Positions 24,050 through 30,325 of a DNA stretch of 30,325 nt are shown piece by piece (within the stretch, counting starts at the first letter, position 1; each line of letters opens with the position of its first letter). Made by a program: the position numbers and the translations under genes. Below the pieces are notes generated by a model. That model did no database searches and was not told the origin of the DNA. It was given only the letters and a program-made list of their open reading frames with translations. The stretch comes from a virus, in UHGV virus genome UHGV-0061407; one strand, given 5' to 3'.

Positions 24050-25130
24050 TGTCTTCGGGAGGGGTTACGGAGCTGGATTGACCACCAGCAACAGAAACTC
24101 ACCCGACATACAGCAGCCGTTTAGCCCACGGCGTCGGGGGTCCAGTAGACCTGGATTAATACTGTAGGGGTTGTGCCGGTTGGTCGCCGGCGCCCCGCCC
24201 GAAGATTCCTGATCGAACATGGCGAAAGCCGACAGCGTTGAAGGCGATTTTCTCGGTTTGCGCGCTAAACAATAGCGGGGGTGAAATCGGGGCGGAGAAG
24301 CAGAATCCGCGATGTCGGGACTTGATACTTCCGGCCATACCAACAAGCCGAATGATCGCGTAACGATCCTTTGCATCTGCCCCGGCGAGGTGGCGCCGCC
24401 GGACCGGGGTAGATGAATCGTACACAACATGAAAGCGCATTCCATCTTCATCCGTCGTGGGGACTGGTTTGTAACTGAAGGAGTGCGCTTCCAGTTGTGA
24501 ACGGCAATATTCACGACCGTTGTATGGCACATGCAGCGTTAGCAGCCCGGATGGTTCCCTTGAAGTTCCATGCGCTATCCGGACAACTGGAATGTGCAAG
24601 CTAAGTGTTTCAGGCACGACGTGCGCCCCACCAGCGCGGCGAAAAGGTGTGACCCCGGGAAGAGTCCGGGAAACAACAGGTAAGAGCACTCCCGCCACAC
24701 GAGGCTGAAACCCAAGCGCCATGTGGATGCGCCGAAAAGCTACAACGGGGCGTTGGTAGAAGATCGGAGTGCTCTTTCCGTTGTGGTAATTGCGGCTATG
24801 CGCACGTGACGAGCCAAACCCGTTCAATGAATGCGTTTCCGGGAAGTGTACGTCGCCGGTTATGGCTTAACCCGGCAGGTGGAGGCACCACCGCCACAAC
24901 CTAGTTAACTGTGCTGTGTGTAGTCTTGGCGGTTATCCAGTTTTCCACTATCCAAAGGAGGAAGAGGATAACGTTCTGATGGATAACCGCCCTTTTTACA
25001 CAATACACAAGAGCATCACCGGGCGACGGGCTCATTACCCAATCCACCCGGGCGGCGTCCTAACCGCAGGTGCTCTTCTGTGTTGTGTACGGAGAAATTC
25101 CCGGCGGTGGCAGCCGCCTTTCGAGAGGGT
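24050..25130. other. GC-rich, ORF-poor island with long-range perfect inverted repeats (candidate structured RNA or decayed gene)
   Basis: About 62-65% GC on sampled 60-nt lines versus about 45-52% in flanks; no convincing ORF on the operon strand; 10-bp and 12-bp perfect inverted repeats (see findings). Confidence 0.4.
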
Positions 25131-25136
25131 AAAACC

Positions 25137-25508
25137 ATGAGTAATGATCGCATGACAGTAGTGCCCGATTTCCTGGGTGAACTGGACGCCGGCGTATTCA
25201 TGAACAAGATTGCGGCGGCTCTTAATACCACCGCGCTCGGCGTTCTGAACAACGGCAACAAAGGCAAGGTTGTCCTCACCTTTGATTTTGAGCGTATGGG
25301 CAACTCTGTTGAAGAGAAGCGCGTCAAGATTAAGCACAAGCTGAACTACAGCACCCCAACTCCCCGCGGCAAAGCGTCGGAAGAGGACACCACCGAAACA
25401 CCAATGTGGGTTAACAAAGGCGGCAAGCTCACAATCCTGCAAGAGGATCAGGGGCAACTCTTCGGTATCACCGGCGCGGTGGACGGAAAGCTTAAAGCGG
25501 CTCAGTGA
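25137..25508 (+). CDS. Hypothetical protein, YfdP-like by size and position (unverified)
   Basis: 123 aa from ATG 25137 (RBS GAGAGGG); precedes the YfdQ-like and YfdR-like ORFs as in CPS-53-type prophages (from memory). Confidence 0.5.
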   Translation: MSNDRMTVVPDFLGELDAGVFMNKIAAALNTTALGVLNNGNKGKVVLTFDFERMGNSVEEKRVKIKHKLNYSTPTPRGKASEEDTTETPMWVNKGGKLTILQEDQGQLFGITGAVDGKLKAAQ

Positions 25509-25564
25509 ACCGCACGTACAAATTCACTGATACCACTTCGCTAATCAGTTAATAAGGAATTTTT

Positions 25565-26392
25565 ATGTCTCAGTTAGACAGCGGTACTTTTCAGCAGGTT
25601 AAAGATCTGGTTCTTTCCGGTTATCACCTGAACGATATCCACGGCCTGGCCTGTCCGACCGCCCTGCTACCGCAGAATACCAGCGTTGAAAGCCTGGAGC
25701 GTTTTGCTCTTGAGCGTTTCCGTTTCCGCGGTGCCATGGACACGACCAGCATTGATGATTTCGTTCGCTATTCTGTCGCTTATGCCCGGGAAGAAGAAAA
25801 AGCACGTTGCTTTATTGATGCCGATAACATGCTGGCTCGTTCTATCTTCAATATCGGTACGTTGGACAACCTAGGCCACGCTGATAACGTCGCCTCGATC
25901 AAGCTTAAGAAGACAGCGCCCTTCCGCGCGTTACTGGCGATCAACGGCGATCACCTTAATCAGAAGCAAATAGCCGAATGGCTCGAAGACTGGAGTGACT
26001 ATCTCACTGCGTTCGATTCCGACGGTCAGACAATGAAAAATGCACAGGCAGCGCAGGCGGTTCGCCGTGTCACTATCCAGCAAACTAATGCCGCCGATCA
26101 TGAAGACGGTGATTTCAGCGGCAAAAAATCGCTGATGCAAAGTATCGAAGCCAGCAGTAAAGATGTTATGCCGGTCGCGTTTGAGTTTAAGTGTGTACCC
26201 TATGAAGGCCTGGGCGAACGTCGTTTCAGTCTTCGCAATAGCCTGCTCAAAAGTAGCGATCCGGTATTCGTTCTGCGTATTGTCCAGCTGGAAGCCCAGG
26301 AAGAAGCGATCGCCAATGAGTTCCGAGATCTGCTGATTGGCAAGTTCGACGGCAAGCCGGTAGAAACCTTTATCGGCAACTTCAAAGCCTGA
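25565..26392 (+). CDS. Hypothetical protein, YfdQ-like (DUF2303-type) by size and synteny (unverified)
   Basis: 275 aa ORF; assignment by length and neighbourhood, not by recognised motif. Confidence 0.5.
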   Translation: MSQLDSGTFQQVKDLVLSGYHLNDIHGLACPTALLPQNTSVESLERFALERFRFRGAMDTTSIDDFVRYSVAYAREEEKARCFIDADNMLARSIFNIGTLDNLGHADNVASIKLKKTAPFRALLAINGDHLNQKQIAEWLEDWSDYLTAFDSDGQTMKNAQAAQAVRRVTIQQTNAADHEDGDFSGKKSLMQSIEASSKDVMPVAFEFKCVPYEGLGERRFSLRNSLLKSSDPVFVLRIVQLEAQEEAIANEFRDLLIGKFDGKPVETFIGNFKA

Positions 26393-26521
26393 TTGCTCTC
26401 CATTAAATCCCCGGCGCCGCGGGGATTTATTAAAGCGTAATCCTGCAATTAATCGCCACATGGCGAGGGATTCCTACACCCAAAAAACAGCGCTGTGCAG
26501 GCGTAAAGTATGGAGAAAAAA

Positions 26522-27049
26522 ATGAGCTTTATTCAAACCTTTTCAGGCAAACATTTTAACTATCTCGACATCCAGCAAGACGCCATCGAGATCGAAGATA
26601 TTGCTAATGCACTCTCGAACATCTGCCGCTTTGCCGGTCACCTGCCTGAGTTCTATAGCGTCGGCCAGCACAGCGTTTTAACAAGCCAACTGGTACCTCA
26701 AGAATTTGCGCTTGAAGCGCTGCTGCATGACGCCGCCGAGGCATATTTGCAGGATATCCCTGCCCCATTAAAACGCCTTCTTCCTGACTACCGCGCAATT
26801 GAAGATCAGGTTGATGCAGCTATTCGCCAAAAATTCGGCCTGCCGGCTGAGCAGCACCCGACCGTTAAATATGCCGACCTGGTGATGCTGGCCAGCGAAC
26901 GTCGCGACTTTGAGATCGACGACGGCACCCACTGGCCGATGCTCGACGGCGTCATTCCTACCGACCAGTTTTTGATTAACCCCGTCCGCCCGGGCCAGTC
27001 TTACGGCATGTTCATGAACCGCTTTAACCAACTGATGGAGCGGCGCTAA
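26522..27049 (+). CDS. HD-domain phosphohydrolase (YfdR-like)
   Basis: 175 aa from ATG 26522 (GGAG RBS); His...His-Asp pattern (GQHSV...LLHDAAEAYLQD) consistent with the HD superfamily. Confidence 0.6.
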   Translation: MSFIQTFSGKHFNYLDIQQDAIEIEDIANALSNICRFAGHLPEFYSVGQHSVLTSQLVPQEFALEALLHDAAEAYLQDIPAPLKRLLPDYRAIEDQVDAAIRQKFGLPAEQHPTVKYADLVMLASERRDFEIDDGTHWPMLDGVIPTDQFLINPVRPGQSYGMFMNRFNQLMERR

Positions 27050-27249
27050 TGGCACATGTGAAAGTGAAAGAATTGGTTGCTGCAGCATACGCTGCAGCAC
27101 CTGACCTACCACCAGCAGCAGCACAATTAATGCAAGACATAGCGTCAAGGCTGGATGTGACCTTTGTCGCCCTTACAGAGGCAATGGACCAGAACACCGC
27201 TATGGCCGCGATGATAGCGAACCTGAGCGAGGAAAACAGAAATGGCTAA
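27049..27249 (+). CDS. Hypothetical small protein
   Basis: 66 aa; start overlaps previous stop (TAATG) and stop overlaps next start, indicating translational coupling. Confidence 0.45.
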   Translation: MAHVKVKELVAAAYAAAPDLPPAAAQLMQDIASRLDVTFVALTEAMDQNTAMAAMIANLSEENRNG

Positions 27250-28027
27250 AAACTCGATCGATGCTTATGGCGCCAGCGGCAAGACAAACGTTCTGATGTT
27301 CGAGCCGGAAAATCTGCATATTGTCACTGACAAGGCCCACCCGCTTTACGATGAGCGAGTCAATCTGCCGATCGATGAAGGGATGGTGCTGAATATCAAA
27401 GAGCTGGGTGTTCTTGAGCCGATTATTGTCTGGAAAGACCCTGAAAAGGGGCTCACCTGTGTGGTTGTCGGTCGTCAGCGCGTTAAACATACGCTGGAAG
27501 CCAATAAGCTCCTGCTGAAAGAAGGCAAAACACCGCTGCTTGTTCCTGGAGTCGTTAAGCGTGGGTCGGCAAACCAAATGGCCAAATATATGGTCAGCGA
27601 AAACGAAATCCGCCGACCTGATACGCCACTAGGTCGAGCTAAGAAAATGTCAGACGCGCTGGATCGTGGTCATGACGAGGACGACCTTGCGGTGTTGTTT
27701 GGCTGTAGCGTTCAGACTGTCCGTGCAACGCTGTCACTACTCGATGCTACCCAGGCTGTTCGGGAAGCGGTGGAGTCTGGCACAGTTACCGTTACCCAGG
27801 CGCGTCAGCTTGGCGCGCTCCCACCTGAAGAGCAGCGGGCAAAAGTGGCAGAAATCGAGCTGGCGACAGCTGGTACCAAAGGCCATGAAAAATCCCGTCG
27901 GCAGCGTCAGGTTCTCGGTGAGGCAAAGCCGCGCATCAAATCGCGTAAGGAAATAACTAAAGCCCTTGAAGATGCCAGCGGCGAATATGCCGAGGCTCTG
28001 CGCTGGGTAATTGGGGAGGCGCAATGA
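27242..28027 (+). CDS. ParB-like nuclease/partition-domain protein
   Basis: 261 aa; ParB-box-like segment LGVLEPIIVWKDPEKGLTCVVVGRQRVKH and HTH-like LAVLFGCSVQTVRATL. Confidence 0.65.
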   Translation: MAKNSIDAYGASGKTNVLMFEPENLHIVTDKAHPLYDERVNLPIDEGMVLNIKELGVLEPIIVWKDPEKGLTCVVVGRQRVKHTLEANKLLLKEGKTPLLVPGVVKRGSANQMAKYMVSENEIRRPDTPLGRAKKMSDALDRGHDEDDLAVLFGCSVQTVRATLSLLDATQAVREAVESGTVTVTQARQLGALPPEEQRAKVAEIELATAGTKGHEKSRRQRQVLGEAKPRIKSRKEITKALEDASGEYAEALRWVIGEAQ

Positions 28028-28254
28028 ACTTTGAACCTGAAAATTACAGCCGGCGCGCCCTTCTCTGGTTTGCTGCACTGGTTAATGTTGCCGGGTGGGT
28101 TGCAGTAGTCGCTGTGACCTGGGCTAATGGTGATTCAGAAAAACGAATGACTGGTGCTGACTGGCCTACCGCCATCGAGATGTATAAGCCCACCGTTCGC
28201 ATTGTTGAGGAAAATATACCTCGCGCCGCCGGCATCAAGGTGGAGGCTGAGTAG
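28024..28254 (+). CDS. Hypothetical small membrane protein
   Basis: 76 aa; hydrophobic segment LLWFAALVNVAGWVAVVAVTWA; ATGA overlap with upstream gene. Confidence 0.5.
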   Translation: MNFEPENYSRRALLWFAALVNVAGWVAVVAVTWANGDSEKRMTGADWPTAIEMYKPTVRIVEENIPRAAGIKVEAE

Positions 28255-28773
28255 ATGGCACTGACACACGATGAACTTTGCCAGATAGCCTATCAATTCC
28301 TTAAGCGGAACGGCTTCAAAGTCTGCTTTCATGATCGCTTTGTCGCTGTCACCAGTACCGGTGAGCAGCCAGACGCGATGGGGTTCAGGAACTTCGCATC
28401 CTGCCTGATAGAGGCGAAGTGCTCCCGTGCCGACCTACTGGCAGACAGGAAAAAACGCTTCCGGATACGCCCGGAGCTTGGCATGGGTGACTGGCGATTC
28501 TTTATCAGCGAGCCGGGGATTATCTCTGTTGAAGACCTTCCGCCAGGCTGGGGTCTGCTGCACGTAATCAACGGGAAAGTGCGCAAGATTCACGGGTGGC
28601 CGCAGGGTAATTGCTGCTGGGGTAATCCAGAGGATAAGCCATTCGCAGGCAATAAACAGGTCGAATGCGATTACATGCTGTCAGCACTGCGTCGGATGGA
28701 GCTGAGAGGGCATCTAAACGAAATTTACGACGGCGTGATAGTCAATCGCGCCGCAGAAGGAGCCAATCAATGA
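28255..28773 (+). CDS. PD-(D/E)XK-like nuclease fold protein (MmcB-like, tentative)
   Basis: 172 aa; candidate D...E-x-K motif (GEQPDAMGF...CLIEAKCS). Confidence 0.45.
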   Translation: MALTHDELCQIAYQFLKRNGFKVCFHDRFVAVTSTGEQPDAMGFRNFASCLIEAKCSRADLLADRKKRFRIRPELGMGDWRFFISEPGIISVEDLPPGWGLLHVINGKVRKIHGWPQGNCCWGNPEDKPFAGNKQVECDYMLSALRRMELRGHLNEIYDGVIVNRAAEGANQ

Positions 28774-28982
28774 CAAATAACGACGAAACGAAAGGTCGCT
28801 ATATCTACCACTTCTGTGGCGCACTGAAAGGTCAGAACGCCACGTTTTCAGGTGTCGCTCAACTGTCGTTCAGAATCACGAGCCAGCAGGATTTGGAGAG
28901 ATTCAAAGCGGTCGCCAGTTGTGAGGGAAAAGAAATCGCTGCAGTTTTATCTCTGAGCTATCTGGGCCGGGAGCACGAATAA
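28771..28982 (+). CDS. Hypothetical small protein
   Basis: 70 aa from ATG 28771 overlapping previous stop (ATGA); track ORF 28665..28982 has this as its likely true start. Confidence 0.4.
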
Positions 28983-30023
28983 ATGACCAAATCAACCATA
29001 ACCAGAGAGCGCCTGCAGGAAATCGCCGAAGATGGTTTCCTGAAGCATGGCGAAAGCAAAGAGCTAGCGCGTATGGCGCTGGCCGCAATGGACAGCGAGC
29101 CGGTGGCGTACACCGACGAACGCAACCTGGGCTATATCGACCGAGGGAGGGAGACGGCATATCTGTGGGGCAAGCAGAACTCAGAGGCGGGAGATGTACC
29201 GCTCTATCGCCACACGCTGCCAGCGCCAGAACGCGACCGAGTACGCTGCGAGCATGCCGAGTGGTCACAATCAACATTCGGTAATGTTGGCCCGATTGGC
29301 CCGCTGAAGCATCTCAGCAAAGAAGCACTGGAAGCCGCTGCCGATCCTAGCGACCTGTCGGAATGGGCCGATATGCAATTCCTACTGTGGGACGCCCAGC
29401 GACGGGCTGGTATTACAGACGAGCAGATTACCCAGGCGATGATCGAAAAACTGGCGGTGAACAAGCAACGCGAATGGCCTGAGCCGAAAGACGGTGAGCC
29501 GCGGTTGCACATTAAAGATCAGCCATCGGCGGTAGGGCCAGTAACAGATGCTATGGCTTACGCATTCCATCATGCGCTAACCGATGGCCCCTTGGGTGAT
29601 GACGATGTGGAGGATATTAAGACCGGATTGCGAGCAGCTTTCGCTACTGTAACCCTCAATCAGCCAGCGCCGGTAGTGCTTACATTTGAGGAATGGTGTA
29701 AGAGAACCGGCCAGAAACCTCAAGGTTGGGTGTGTGACGCCATGAAAGAAGCCTATGAAGGCGCCAACTCTCCGGTAATCCCGGATGGTTACGTGATGGT
29801 ACCAATGAGGCTTACCGCTGAGAACGGTGCAAAGGGCGCGCTATCTGGTGAATTTTCAGAAACACAGTTTGTAAACTGCCCGGAGTGTTTTGGTGATGAT
29901 GAATGCGAAACCTGCGACGGCAGCGGCAGAGTTGAAATAAAAGTGCCTGTCAGTTGGACGACTATCAAAGCAATTTGGGTTAAAGGTGTCGAGCATTTTG
30001 CAACCACCATTACCGAAGAATAA
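28983..30023 (+). CDS. DUF550-like (MazG-like dATP/dGTP pyrophosphohydrolase domain) protein with C-terminal Cys-rich region
   Basis: 346 aa; central region (WSQSTFGNVGPIGPLKHLSKEALE...LLWDAQRRAGITDEQI...REWPEP) resembles phage DUF550; C-terminal CPECFGDDECETCDGSG zinc-ribbon-like. Confidence 0.5.
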   Translation: MTKSTITRERLQEIAEDGFLKHGESKELARMALAAMDSEPVAYTDERNLGYIDRGRETAYLWGKQNSEAGDVPLYRHTLPAPERDRVRCEHAEWSQSTFGNVGPIGPLKHLSKEALEAAADPSDLSEWADMQFLLWDAQRRAGITDEQITQAMIEKLAVNKQREWPEPKDGEPRLHIKDQPSAVGPVTDAMAYAFHHALTDGPLGDDDVEDIKTGLRAAFATVTLNQPAPVVLTFEEWCKRTGQKPQGWVCDAMKEAYEGANSPVIPDGYVMVPMRLTAENGAKGALSGEFSETQFVNCPECFGDDECETCDGSGRVEIKVPVSWTTIKAIWVKGVEHFATTITEE

Positions 30024-30065
30024 ACCTCACGCCCGGGTGCAGCCGGGCTGTATGGAGATCCTGTC

Positions 30066-30275
30066 ATGGCAAAACTTATGAAAGCGAGTCAATGGGGAAA
30101 ACGCGAATTTACCAAAGACTCTATTCCGGATAATCGAACCATTAAACGTTGGGTCGAAAATGGCCTCCTCACAGGCAAAATCGTCGACGGCTCTGTTTTC
30201 GTCTTCGAGTCTGAAAAATGGGGGGTCGACTCAATGGTTAATCATGCGGTTCGCCAGCTTATCAGTGAGGATTAA
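30066..30275 (+). CDS. xis: Excisionase (lambda Xis-like)
   Basis: 69 aa immediately upstream of the integrase start; TIKRWVENGLLTGKIVDGSVFVFESE resembles the lambda Xis winged-helix pattern. Confidence 0.6.
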   Translation: MAKLMKASQWGKREFTKDSIPDNRTIKRWVENGLLTGKIVDGSVFVFESEKWGVDSMVNHAVRQLISED

Positions 30276-30277
30276 CC

Positions 30278-30325
30278 ATGGCAGCCAGACCAAGAAAAAG
30301 AGAATACCGCCATCTACCTGATTAT
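30278..30325 (+). CDS. int: Integrase, N-terminus only (partial; continues beyond right edge)
   Basis: MAARPRKREYRHLPDY: basic N-terminus typical of lambda-family tyrosine integrase arm-binding domains; follows xis. Confidence 0.5.
   Translation, partial: MAARPRKREYRHLPDY

Noticed and set aside
24065-24827. Minus-strand ORFs 24065..24532 (155 aa) and 24156..24827 (223 aa) in the GC-rich island
   Set aside because: They overlap each other in different frames, the longer one starts at TTG with its first ATG 36 codons in, and translations are Arg/Pro/Gly/His-rich with rare codons; more likely chance ORFs in GC-rich non-coding DNA, though a decayed foreign gene cannot be excluded.
24050-25130. 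Retron or group II intron in the GC-rich island
   Set aside because: No reverse-transcriptase ORF nearby, and I could not find a domain V-like hairpin or the expected intron ends; the long inverted repeats alone are insufficient.
24979-25140. Possible 53-codon leader ORF ending in an ATGA overlap with the YfdP-like start
   Set aside because: RBS spacing is poor and the translation is not protein-like; the ATGA overlap arises automatically for any upstream frame ending at an ATG followed by A. Kept only as part of the GC-rich island finding.
1-30325. CRISPR array or IS element
   Set aside because: No regularly spaced direct repeats and no transposase-like ORF with terminal inverted repeats; the only tandem repeats are the iterons inside the replication gene.

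Overview
The whole 30.3 kb window lies inside a lambdoid temperate prophage of an enterobacterial-type host; nothing here looks like host core genome. All calls come from reading the six-frame translations and the DNA by eye; no search was run, so family names are recognition of motifs and not database hits. Layout, left to right: (1) minus strand, 1-6080: HK97-type head and packaging module (major capsid, partial at the left edge; prohead protease; portal; terminase large and small subunits; HNH endonuclease). (2) 6100-7400: mostly non-coding, with one plus-strand zinc-ribbon moron and a 14-bp perfect inverted-repeat pair. (3) minus strand, 7400-9251: lysis cassette (holin, GH108 endolysin, membrane protein, overlapping i-/o-spanin pair). 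(4) minus strand, 9776-12277: late cargo locus (TerB-like protein, orphan N6A/N4C methyltransferase, small ORFs) sitting directly downstream of (5) a lambda-type Q antiterminator with a pR'-like promoter, AACGATGGG pause element and tR'-like terminator. (6) minus strand, 13277-22130: nin/replication region (DUF968-like, KilA-N, RusA, LexA-DBD-only protein, large C5-methyltransferase with eight internal repeats, Dam-like methyltransferase, replication initiator with internal iterons, CII-like). (7) 22670-23704: immunity region (cro-like, cI with S24 peptidase domain, three 17-bp operators tgtacc-N5-ggtaca, cI terminator, pL-like promoter). (8) plus strand, 23806-30325: early-left operon with a GC-rich ORF-poor 1.1 kb island, a YfdP/YfdQ/YfdR-like block, ParB-like protein, PD-(D/E)XK-like protein, DUF550-like protein, excisionase and the first 16 codons of the integrase. 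The most unusual items are the GC-rich island with long-range perfect inverted repeats, the three methyltransferases of different classes, the eight-repeat C5-methyltransferase, and the Q-dependent cargo locus in the position stx occupies in Stx phages. I could not identify a complete, recognisable novel defence system with confidence.
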